A DNA stretch of 63,994 nt, counting the filler, from Sanchytrium tribonematis (lineage: Eukaryota): assembly GCA_018985235.1 (NCBI GenBank). It is 7 parts of 7 records of this genome, joined end to end, with 100 filler letters (N's around TTAATTAATTAA, not from the genome) between each part and the next. Parts side by side here need not be neighbours in the genome. Positions count along the whole stretch, not along the records: positions 34,984 to 50,600 come from JADGIG010000146.1; positions 50,701 to 63,994 come from JADGIG010000193.1; 5 more parts are not named here. One strand, 5' to 3'. A program made the position numbers and the translations under genes. Shown piece after piece: positions 46,499-57,139 of the stretch. The notes beneath the pieces were generated by a model. That model was not told where the DNA came from. It saw only the letters and a list, made by a program, of their open reading frames with translations, and did not search any database. The first letter of the stretch is position 1. Each line of letters begins with the position of its first letter.

Positions 46499-46604
46499 TC
46501 TACTTTCGCAAGGGATATTTTGATATCAATAGATTGTGACTCCGATTGATCCATGCAATCCAATGAGTTACAAACGGGGGCTAACCAAATTTAAAAAATC
46601 AAAT

Positions 46605-47621
46605 TTATTGTTTTGGACATCCCAATCTCTTTGTTCCAACAGCAATGTCATCAAATGACACACTGCCTGGTGCATTCAATTGCTGATATAATTGGTATCC
46701 AAATTTAGCACTGGTCAATTTAGGCAATACAAATTTCTTTGTTTGAGGTTGTGGTCCACCTTGTTTATTGCCCCAATTGGTTTGAGTCACTTTTAATTCT
46801 GGTACTGCCACACCATCTTTGTATACTTGAATCACGGCATTATCACCTGTAGCAGTACTATCCATCACCCATTCCCAACAATTCCATTTTCCCATGGTAA
46901 ATGGCAATTTATCATTCCAATTTAACCAATCTCCAGTATCTCCCAAATCATTACCTACGCCCATAAAGGGTGATTTACTCTTTGTAGGATCCACTTGTCC
47001 ACCAATTGGACGCACTAAATCTTGACCATCTGAGAATTCAACCAATGAGAAATGGGCATAACTATTGGTGACGGGTAAAGCATCTACCTTGATCATGGCT
47101 CTACCATATAATACGGGTGCATTTTTGAATGTGGCAGCGTACATGGCTTGTCCATTTCCTGCTAATGAGGCAGTCATGGCGTATTTGCCATCATTTCCAG
47201 TGACTGCTGCTACTTTGATACCCGTATCTGTTTTGCCTTTTGCTGCACCTGTCTCGAAATCATCACAAAATAAGATACTTGGATCTGCACAAGTGAGATA
47301 AGCACCACCTGCTGCAGGGGTAGTACCAGTTGTTGGAGGAGCTGCTGCTGATGGAGCTACTGATGGAGCTGCTGATGGGGCTGCTGGTGGGGCTGCTGGT
47401 GGGGCTGCTGGTGGGGCTGCTGGTGGAGCAGGTGGAGCAGGTGGAGCTGCTGGTTGTGCTGGAGGAGCGGGAGCTGGCGGGGCCGGATCTGCTGGTGCAG
47501 GAGCGGGATCTGCTGGAGGGGCTGCTGCTACTGGTGCTGCATCTTTTAAACATTTGGTAGGTGCTGCTGATATACTGCTTGGAAATATGTATCCGGAAAG
47601 TAAAGCTGCTGTAAAAAACAT
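46605..47621 (-). CDS. secreted Cip1-like core-domain protein with Pro/Ala linker
   Basis: Signal peptide, (PPAA)n linker, FCDDFE, WNCWEW, FDDIAVGTKRLGC. Confidence 0.7.
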   Translation of the reverse strand: MFFTAALLSGYIFPSSISAAPTKCLKDAAPVAAAPPADPAPAPADPAPPAPAPPAQPAAPPAPPAPPAAPPAAPPAAPPAAPSAAPSVAPSAAAPPTTGTTPAAGGAYLTCADPSILFCDDFETGAAKGKTDTGIKVAAVTGNDGKYAMTASLAGNGQAMYAATFKNAPVLYGRAMIKVDALPVTNSYAHFSLVEFSDGQDLVRPIGGQVDPTKSKSPFMGVGNDLGDTGDWLNWNDKLPFTMGKWNCWEWVMDSTATGDNAVIQVYKDGVAVPELKVTQTNWGNKQGGPQPQTKKFVLPKLTSAKFGYQLYQQLNAPGSVSFDDIAVGTKRLGCPKQ

Positions 47622-48088
47622 TTGACTACAACTTGCATGGGTTTATTATGTATCTCGTAACAGACTTGGTGCTAATACTTTGTTCATATCTATTTGCCAA
47701 TCACATGGAATCTCAAGTGAAAAATTCCCTGTTCATTTGTCATTGGCCAATTAAAGGAATTTAACAACCCTGTTTCATTTCAGCATTACCCAATCATATT
47801 ACTATGTCGATATTGGGTTAATTGGGTTCAATTACAGGTAAACTGTGCAAAACAGTGGTGATACCAAGTGACCAACAAAGTGGTAAAGACTCCCTTTTGA
47901 TTGGACTGATGAAATTCAATTATTAATGTTTGAATGCATCCAAATCAATAAACGTTAAACTAATTGAAGTAGTTTTGGAAATATCTGTATTGATTGAGCA
48001 AGTTTTAAATACCCCGAGAAATAAATATTTTTTTTGGAATATTCCAGAGAAGATCTAATGAAGGAACGACCGTACATTTTCCCCAAAC

Positions 48089-48702
48089 TTGACCCCTAAA
48101 CTAGAATTGACTTAGCTGAACCCATTAGACTCGCTTTACAAGTTGCAAATATTCCATTTGTAGACCATAGAATGAAAAGAGAAGAATGGCCAACTTTGAA
48201 ACCAAATACGCCATTTGGACAGGTACCCATCTTGATCATTGATGACAAGATTGTGATAGCGCAATCTTTAGCTATTTTGAGATATGTTGGTAAATTGGGT
48301 AATTTATATCCACAAGATTCATAACAAGCTGCATTTGTAGATCAAGTCATTGATCAGCTTAAAGAAATTGGGGATGGTTTGACTGAATCATCACAAGAAC
48401 AAGATGAACAAAAAAAATTAAAAATGAGAGAGAAATTGGCAAATGAAACATGGCCTATTAAATTTAAGGCATTAGAAGCCGTACTGGTAAAACATGGAAA
48501 CGGATATGCTGTTGGAACCCAAATGAGTATTGCTGATATATTAATATACACATTTTCAGCATATATCACGTCTGGGATTCTTGATGGAATTCCCAAGACT
48601 GTTTTAGATGGATATACTACCATTTCAAAGTTAAGAAAACAAGTAGGTGATCATCCTAAAGTAGCAGAATGGAATGATAAGTTCAATAAATATCAAATAT
48701 GA
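48089..48702 (+). pseudogene. glutathione S-transferase pseudogene
   Basis: ATG>TTG, deletion of the YFDxRGR segment, in-frame TAA 48322..48324. Confidence 0.88.
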
Positions 48703-48768
48703 GATATTTTTTTGGAATGTTCCAGAGGTGTCTTAATGAACGTGTTCCAATATCCCCATCAAACAGAA

Positions 48769-49395
48769 ATGTCACCAAAGTTAAAATTAACTTACTTTGA
48801 CATGCGTGGTAGAGCAGAATCCATCCGACTATCTCTAGAGATTGCTAATATCCCATTTGAGGACCATAGATTGAAAAGAGAAGACTGGCCCGCATTTAAG
48901 CCAAATACGCCATTTGGACAGGTACCCATCTTGACTATTGACGACAAGACCGTATTAGCTCAATCCATGGCTATTTTAAGATATGTTGGCAAATTGGGTA
49001 ATTTGTACCCTCAAGATGCTCTTCAAGCTGCATTTGTAGATCAGATCATTCACCAAATTGCTGATATTGGTGATGGATTAGTTACATCATTCCAAGAAAA
49101 AGATGAGGTGAAGAAAATGCAAATGAGAGAAAAATTGGCAAATGAAACATGGCCATTAAAATTCAAGGCATTAGAAGCCGTATTGGTCAAGTTTGGAAAT
49201 GGATATGCTGTAGGAAATCAAATGAGTATTGCAGATGTATTAATTTACACTTTTACTTGGTGGATCACTTCTGGTGTGTTGGATGGTATCCCTAAAACGA
49301 TTTTGGATCAATATCCTACCATCTTAAAAGTAAGATCTCAAGTACACGAACATCCTAAAGTGTCTGAATGGAATGCAAAAGTAAACAAGAAATAA
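48769..49395 (+). CDS. sigma-like glutathione S-transferase
   Basis: LTYFDMRGRAE, PFGQVP, AQSMAILRY, SIAD. Confidence 0.93.
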   Translation: MSPKLKLTYFDMRGRAESIRLSLEIANIPFEDHRLKREDWPAFKPNTPFGQVPILTIDDKTVLAQSMAILRYVGKLGNLYPQDALQAAFVDQIIHQIADIGDGLVTSFQEKDEVKKMQMREKLANETWPLKFKALEAVLVKFGNGYAVGNQMSIADVLIYTFTWWITSGVLDGIPKTILDQYPTILKVRSQVHEHPKVSEWNAKVNKK

Positions 49396-49469
49396 ATTGG
49401 TTTCAAATTTCAAATTAGAGAATATTCTAGACGCGTCTTATTACCACATTCCACACATCTCCATAAAAC

Positions 49470-50096
49470 ATGTCCCCAAAGTTAAAATTAACTTATTTTG
49501 ATATTCGTGGTAGAGCAGAGCCCATTCGACTGGCATTACAAGTTGCAAATATTCCATTTGAAGATCACAGAATCAAAAAGGAAGAATGGCCTAATTTAAA
49601 ACCCAATATGCCATTTGGACAGTTACCCGTATTAACAATTGATGACAAGACAGTGTTAGCACAATCATTGGCTATTTTGAGATATATTGGTAAATTAGGC
49701 AATTTGTATCCACAAGATCCGTTACAAGCTGCATTCGTTGATCAAGTCATTGATCAAATTAAAGATATTGGAGATAGTTTAAATGCAACATTTCAAGAAA
49801 AGGATGACGAAAAGAAGATGAAAATGAGAGAGACATTGGCAAATGAAACATGGCCTATGAAATTTAAAGCATTAGAAGCTGTTTTAGTAAAACATGGCAA
49901 TGGATATGCAGTAGGCAATCAAATTTCAATTGCAGATATTCTACTTTACACTTTTGTATGGGCTATTACATCTGGTGTTTTAGATGGTATCCCCAAATCT
50001 CTATTAGATGGATATCTCACCATTTTAAAAGTCAATCAACAAGTACATGATCATCCCAAAGTAGCAGAATGGAATGCCAAAGTCAATCAGAAATAA
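49470..50096 (+). CDS. sigma-like glutathione S-transferase
   Basis: [26 protein letters not shown]. Confidence 0.93.
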   Translation: MSPKLKLTYFDIRGRAEPIRLALQVANIPFEDHRIKKEEWPNLKPNMPFGQLPVLTIDDKTVLAQSLAILRYIGKLGNLYPQDPLQAAFVDQVIDQIKDIGDSLNATFQEKDDEKKMKMRETLANETWPMKFKALEAVLVKHGNGYAVGNQISIADILLYTFVWAITSGVLDGIPKSLLDGYLTILKVNQQVHDHPKVAEWNAKVNQK

Positions 50097-50113
50097 ATAA
50101 ATAAATAAATGAT

Positions 50114-50600
50114 TTATTTGCGAGTTACTAAAATATGAGCACAATTTGGTAAAATAATGGGTGTTTGATCACCTACATATTCAAATACTTTTAATTTTAA
50201 TGCTTCTAAATCAGATTCACTCATTTTTGATAATGGAATAGTCAATTTTGGAGAAGTTTGTTTAAAAAATTGCCATAATGCCTCCTGATTCTTAAATACC
50301 ATACTGTGCCATGATTCATAAATTTGAGTATCCTTGAATCCTGCTTGTTCTACATCTTTAATAAAATTGTCTTTAATGCCCAAATCTACAAAATCAGATT
50401 GCAAATCACGTGGCATTTCTGAGAATATCATTTTCATTAATCCACTCATTGATTTCATAGTAGTTGTGGCCCATGAGGTTGTAATCAAATATCCACCTGG
50501 TTTTAAGACTCTATAAGCTGATGAATACCCATTTAATCGATTATCAAATAGAAATAATCCAAACATGGAATAAATGGTGTCAAATTCATGATCCATTAAT
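50114..50600 (-). CDS. class I SAM-dependent methyltransferase, 5' truncated
   Basis: FDTIYSMFG, YRVLKPGG. Confidence 0.8.
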
Positions 50601-50700
50601 NNNNNNNNNNNNNNNNNNNNNNNNNNNNNNNNNNNNNNNNNNNNTTAATTAATTAANNNNNNNNNNNNNNNNNNNNNNNNNNNNNNNNNNNNNNNNNNNN
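50601..50700. other. artificial contig linker
   Basis: N44-TTAATTAATTAA-N44. Confidence 0.98.
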
Positions 50701-50773
50701 CAACATCAATACTTTTCCAACAAAAATGAAATGTGTAGATGGGAAAAAAGGCAAATTTGCCATCACGTTTCAA

Positions 50774-51415
50774 TATGGTGGGGGATTTAAGATATTTAAA
50801 AATATAAATATATATTTATATTCAAATACAAATATAATTAGACCATGAAATATTTGTATTTTAAAATAAATATTAAAAATATTTTAGAGATGACGCGATC
50901 GAATATTGACCAATAAAATGATGTCTATTTTTAGTCAATTTTATTTTTTCCAAATAGATTTTCAACATTAAGAGCATCAATTTTTCACATTTAAACAGCA
51001 TCATTGTCATTCAAAACTAGTTAATTGAGAAATGGTAATATAAGAGCCATTTACTGTCAAATTATTTAATATTTGAGAAAATACTCAATTAAACTCCATT
51101 TTATTGAGTAACAGAGTGTCGAAAGACTTTAAAATTTCAATCAATTATTTAATTCGCTAGTACAATCTTAGAAATCCCCTCTTCAGTAGCCATAAGTTAT
51201 ACAATATCCAAGGAAATGAAAAAAATGAAAAAGAAACAAAAATAGAGAATCTTTAGGTAAATTTCACTCTTGAATGGGCAATTAGAATTAATAAATATTT
51301 ATTTTAATAGTAGTAATCCCTGTTTGAAAATTATATTTGGAGTGATATTTTTATATTTTACAAATATAAATATTTTTTTTTAAAATATAAATATTTTCTA
51401 AAATCCCCCACCTTA
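50774..51415. mobile_element. non-autonomous hAT-like element
   Basis: TIRs TA(T/A)GGTGGGGGATTT; 8-bp TSD CGTTTCAA at 50766..50773 and 51416..51423. Confidence 0.88.
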
Positions 51416-51828
51416 CGTTTCAAACGTCAAACCAATCAGTTTTAAAGTTATCTGGACGCCATTTCCTCCAATTAAATCATTTATTTATAATACATAATAT
51501 TGGCCAATAAATATTCGCTCATTTTAGATAGATTCTTGTGACCAATTTCGTACCCACTTCTGATCGATGGGGTAATCATGTGCAACTCCAGTCTCTTCTT
51601 TTATTGCCATACCGGTAATCAAATATTCTAGTATCTTTATTGACCAATATAATAACACTTTCATGTTACAATTATAAGGATGCTATCACTTATATCAATG
51701 TATCATTGAACGAAACTATTGGTAAATCTGATGAGTTTTTTTTGCAATTAAATGCCAAGAATAAAACCGTGTTTGGAGAGGCACCGGAAATTACTCTAAT
51801 GATGTAAACTCAGAATAGTCCAGCTTGG

Positions 51829-53785
51829 ATGTTGTACATGTATGTGAGCTGGCAGGTACCAGAATTTAATCAATTTTTAAAAAAACATCGCAGTGACTGC
51901 TGTTACATTTCAAATTGTAGCAAATCTATTAGTGCAACTCTTGTAGATGTGCCTAATCTAGCAAATTCTATTGCTGCGTATCCATATCCAACAAAGAAAT
52001 ACCAATTAAATGAATTGATTGATGTTTCAAGCACATTTTCCATCAGTGCCAAATCCGGATCAAGAGACTTTAGAAATACATATTATTTTGGAGATGCTTA
52101 CGCTGATTATTTACAAACTGGATTAGATAGACCACCAGTATTGGGATTTAATAGCTTCCAAAAGATTTACAATTTAAATCATGTCCTTGTCAATGCAAAT
52201 GTAGATCAATTAAAGAAAGTACGCGTCTATTTTGACAATGATCCAGGTGTCGTAGAATTCTGTAGCACTAGCAACTACAAAATATCATTTTTAAAAGATA
52301 AACCAGATCCGGCTCAATTGGTCTGCAAATCAGTGCCATTTTTAGAACATTCTATAGCGGGATTACAAGACACGTTCATTTCCGAGAATGGTACACGTAT
52401 TTCTGCTGTTAAATTGCCATATTTCATTGAAGATATCCCAGTCACTGAAAATACACGCATTAAAGTCACGAATCCAACAACGCTATATTCAGACATCTCC
52501 TCGCTTGCTAGTTTACCAATTGCACCAGCTTCTACTGCGTTGAAACCCGTTATTCCATTTCCAATTAGTGGAAATCAAGAATTCAGATTTTCAGAGCATC
52601 CTGGAACTGTGGAGATTTGTGATACGCCTGATGTCATGAGCCAATTTAATCCGGTAGATAAGAACATATTTGTTGGATCCAGTTACTGCTCTGCGCAATA
52701 CCAGGTAGATTTTGAAAAAGCCACATTTGGAAGTGTTTATCAATTCAAGTACACAGACTTGAATAAGCCAGTTATTTTGGATATGGCCTTTAATACCAAT
52801 GCATACACGACTATTATGGTCTATTTTGGCAGCCAGGTGTGGGTTATTGACTCTAAAAACTTGGATATTTTAAAAACCATTACATTTCAAGGGCCGCTTA
52901 CTTTGGAAGTTGTCGTCTCTTCTGATGTTGGTAAAGGACATTTTAAGTTGTGGAAAGCACATATTTGTCCAGTCCCAGAGATAAAACCCAGAACAGACGC
53001 ATTTAAAGATCACACATGTTTCAGAGAAACGACAAATCAATTTATCTACAAACCAATGGGTAAATCAGGTAAAGCATCTATTACAAATAGTCTTTATCAA
53101 TTACCATTGGCTAGTGAGATTCTATTCCCTGCAAATACCATTCTTCGATCTGATGAGTTCAATACTCAAACATCGTTTCATGCGTATTCAAATGGCGATC
53201 TTTACCAAATTGGACACAGACAGGTCTCTATTGTAGACAAGGCATTCAAATCATCATTATTTCAAATGAATGTATTTGCTAGACAAACTAAATGGATCAC
53301 AATTTGCTCAAATGCTGCCACAGTCAAACAAATTTATGATTTGACAGATTTTAAGACTGATGAGCCAACCAACTGCAAATCTATTAGTGCCACGCTTGTA
53401 GATGTCCCTAATCTAGCCAATTCCATTGCTGCATATCCATATTCAACTCAAAAATACAAATTAAATGAGTTGATTGATGTTTCAAGCACATTTTCCATTA
53501 CAGCTAAAACTTACAGACCTTCTCATCGCAATACGTACTATTTTGGAGATGCATATTCAGATTATTTGCAAACTGGAGTTGATAGACCACCCGTATTCGG
53601 ATTTGATGCCTTTGTTCACATTTATAATTTAAACCATGTTTTAGTAAACACCAAAGTGAGTGAACTGAAGAAAGTGCAAGTTTATTTTGATAGCGACCCT
53701 GGCGTAGTAAAATATTGCAGCTCAAATGACTACAAAATCACATTTTTAAAGGTATTTGTTGTTTATTTAGGATAATACGCCGTGA
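51829..53785 (+). CDS. hypothetical protein with an internally duplicated ~125-aa domain; probable 19-nt intron 53752..53770
   Basis: KSISATLVDVPNLANSIAAYPY...YKI(S/T)FLK occurs at both ends; true start may lie upstream. Confidence 0.75.
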
Positions 53786-53840
53786 ATGACGGGAATGGAG
53801 TTAATAAATGATTTATTGTCAAGTATTGAGTGATCTTTGA

Positions 53841-55284
53841 ATGTCATTTTGGGAACAGGATTGCTCTAAAAATGACTGGGGATCTCCTTCCATTAAAGAG
53901 CCAATAAAAGACAGCAAGAGAAGATTTGGAGGATTGAGTTGCATTGGAAGGGGCAATCCAATTGAATGTGAAAGCATCCCAAAATATGTTGATGACGGAG
54001 TGCGTTTATTTCACAAGAATGAAGAGAAAGTACTGTGGAAGTCATTGTCAAATGAATTACGTGATTGTATCACAAGCAATGGTCTACAACATTCTTTCTA
54101 TCCAGATCCTGTCGCTGTTGACCTTTTGGCACACAGAATCAGTGAAAACTTCGATGTAGAGTCTATCATGACTGAATTTGAAGTGAATTACAAAATAGCA
54201 ATCAGTTTTGTGAGATTGGCCTTGTATGATGTCAAATTAATTGCAGATGATAGTGGAAGTATGGATGATGATCGAATTGCCGAATTGAAGGAACATGCTC
54301 AAAAGCTAATCTCATTATCAGCTAGATTTGACACTGATGGAATGGATTTGATTATGATGAATTATTGTAGACCTGGAGGGAATAACGTGATTAATTTTAA
54401 AGGACAAAATGCGGGTACACAATTCGACGACTTTTGGAAACAATTTCCTGAAGAATGTAATTCGCGCCAATATTATTTAACCCCCACTGCCAAACTGATA
54501 AATGATTATGTCATCCAGCCTTTATTTGAAAAACCGAAAGCCATTTTCAATAAGCCAGTTTTAGTATACACTTTGACAGATGGAGTGCCAAATCATGGAT
54601 TTGGAGGTATTTCTGGCGCTAAATTACTCGTTGAGAATGTCTTACTGAATGCATACTATTTGAAGAAAAAACATGGAATGCCACAAACAGCCATTGAATT
54701 TACATTTGGACATATTGGGAATGACAAAGCTGCCGGTGACTGGCTAAATGATTTAGACAATTACCCATATATTGATATGAATGTCGATGTTGTCAGTAGT
54801 TTTGAGATAGAAAGTTCTCAAATTTCACTTGCTGGAAAAATCACTGAATTCACCATTGGTTTATGGTTTGCAAAATTTGCATTAGGTGCAATTGATGACA
54901 ACTATGACTTGATGGATGAATTAGAATCGATTTGGGACAAGTTGGCAAAGGATCCCACTCAATTACCACTTTATTCAGAAGTTCCTGACAAAAATAGTGA
55001 CCCGAAAATGAAGGAGGCTGATTATGTTGAAGCTCATCTTTCGAAAAGATTAACGTGCTTACAATGTATTGAGCATCTACGCAACTGCTTATCTTAGCAA
55101 ATTGGAAGGTCAGAAATTGAAATTCTATAAATCATGGTTTCCAACAGACTTGCGTAATGCACTTGTGCAATACAGTCAGCAATTTAATGAGAGACAAAGA
55201 TATATGGATGATGTAGAATTGAATGTTGAAAATTATCAACCATTTGGAGTCCCAGTCGCACAGGCATACGTGGTAAAGAAATAA
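53841..55284 (+). CDS. vWA-domain protein, exons 53841..55054 and 55074..55284
   Basis: MIDAS DDSGSM, LTPT, LTDGVP; 19-nt intron joins two ORFs. Confidence 0.8.
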
Positions 55285-55377
55285 ATATATGAAGATTATA
55301 CTTGTGACATGTCAGATCCCACTGATGACTCACAATTATGCAGTTTAACCCGATAATCTCGATAACAGACACATGCC

Positions 55378-55824
55378 ATGAAACACGTGACAATGATTTT
55401 TGAAAGTCTTCCCCTCAAAATCATTCAAATGATCGTGTCATCTAAAACCCACTTGCCACTGGATTACCAAATCAATTTAATATTCATTTTATACATTGCA
55501 GAATCTATTTATCAATTCATGTATGCGGATTCATTATTAGCCATTGGATTCTGTTGGATTGGGATTTATGGATTATATGTCATGTATAGCAATGAATTGA
55601 ATCAAATACAACTATTTGAGATTGTTTATAGTTATTTACAAAATATTAATGGGTTGATTTATGTAATTAGCACATTTTATGAATTGAAACAGAAATCAGA
55701 GATGGGATGGGATGAATGGGGTGATTGTAGAGGGATTGGGTTCTTATTTCTAATTTGTATGTCGTTGGTGTATTTACATCAATTGAATCATTTGAAAATG
55801 TACTGCAATTATTTGAAGCAATAA
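55378..55824 (+). CDS. small membrane protein
   Basis: 148-aa ORF with several hydrophobic segments; start uncertain. Confidence 0.55.
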   Translation: MKHVTMIFESLPLKIIQMIVSSKTHLPLDYQINLIFILYIAESIYQFMYADSLLAIGFCWIGIYGLYVMYSNELNQIQLFEIVYSYLQNINGLIYVISTFYELKQKSEMGWDEWGDCRGIGFLFLICMSLVYLHQLNHLKMYCNYLKQ

Positions 55825-55826
55825 AT

Positions 55827-56969
55827 TTATTGAAAAGACTGGTGTAGACCTATTTTATATGCACATGTGGAGTCTGATTGACTCTTTATTTGTACATTGA
55901 TTGTATTCCGTGGTAATATTTCAAATATATCCATGATTTCAAAATCAGATTTGATGGAATAATGCATAATGACATTTGGGATGGCATATTCCACTGGTTT
56001 AGTAGATAATGGCCATTTAATACTAATAAAATGTGGTAATATATCTGTTAAATTACTTAATTTGATGTTTAAATCATCTCTAGTGCAGTAATTTTTACCC
56101 AATACAGCTGGTTCATTTTCCAGTAAAATACTTGGTGGATAACTGGAATAAGTCCATATTAAACCCCATTGACCTAGTACATGGTCAGGATAGTGAATTA
56201 ATGGACTAGAAATAGATTCAATTTGAAATAAATGAGAAATAGAAGGACTTAAATTTCTCTTGATTTGTCGAGGGACACGTGGTTTTGCTTCTGGTTCAGG
56301 TTCAATCTGATTAGCAGTAGCGTCTAATTTCATTTGATCCAATTGTTGATTGATAATACTCAAAATAGATTTTTGAGAAGATTGTAAATATTCAGTCACC
56401 CAATTTTGGACATGATTGAAATTGGAATTGATTTGATTTGTGGTTTTAAATTGTAAATGGATGTGGAATGCAATACTTGACAGCACTAATAATCCCATGA
56501 ATGCAGATTTGAGTGATTTACGATATTGAGATACGAAATAATTATTTCTTTTAAATACAAATTGGCACATTCTACCCCATTTAGACTGTGAATAATTGAT
56601 TTTATAGCAATATCCAATACATATCATGATGGGAATTAACACCATTCTCAAGATATCCTGTAAAATGTGATAAATAGGATGAATGGAATCTACCATTTTA
56701 GAATGTGCAGAATGGAATAAAGTGGAAATAGAATCAGATATTGTTTTAGTAGATGATTCAAATGTGGGATGAAAGGGAGTAGATTGGAATGGAGTAGGTT
56801 TTTGGGATGTTGTTGGGATGGGTGTGTCATTATATTCATTTAATTTGGATGGAGTAGAGAAAGAAGCCCAAAAATTGTTGAATACATCTGCAAATGGGCT
56901 TCTTAAATTGGATGGTCTTCTGGGAGATTCCAATTCATTCAAATGTAAAGGGGCTTCTTTGGGTGGCAT
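55827..56969 (-). CDS. divergent SUN (Sad1/UNC-84)-like inner nuclear membrane protein
   Basis: S/T-P-rich N-terminus, TM, coiled coil, PPSILL...GKNYC and terminal STCAYKIGLH. Confidence 0.6.
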   Translation of the reverse strand: MPPKEAPLHLNELESPRRPSNLRSPFADVFNNFWASFSTPSKLNEYNDTPIPTTSQKPTPFQSTPFHPTFESSTKTISDSISTLFHSAHSKMVDSIHPIYHILQDILRMVLIPIMICIGYCYKINYSQSKWGRMCQFVFKRNNYFVSQYRKSLKSAFMGLLVLSSIAFHIHLQFKTTNQINSNFNHVQNWVTEYLQSSQKSILSIINQQLDQMKLDATANQIEPEPEAKPRVPRQIKRNLSPSISHLFQIESISSPLIHYPDHVLGQWGLIWTYSSYPPSILLENEPAVLGKNYCTRDDLNIKLSNLTDILPHFISIKWPLSTKPVEYAIPNVIMHYSIKSDFEIMDIFEILPRNTINVQIKSQSDSTCAYKIGLHQSFQ

Positions 56970-57139
56970 TTTTCAAAAGGGGGTTTCAAAAAAGATTGAC
57001 TAAAATTGAATCTCGAGTAACAAATGGGTTTATTCAATAGATATAATCATTCGGTCAATTCAATAACATTGACAATGAAACTAGATGTATCCCCTTTTGA
57101 CCCCTTAATGATCAAGTGCAAGAAGCATCTCCTCAAAAC

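Noticed and set aside
47263..47560. Ser-rich and Leu-rich alternative-frame ORFs
   Set aside because: Shadows of the Pro/Ala linker repeat
15763..50700. Recurrent TTAATTAATTAA between N-runs as a biological repeat
   Set aside because: Identical 100-bp artificial linker; neighbourhoods across linkers are not real synteny
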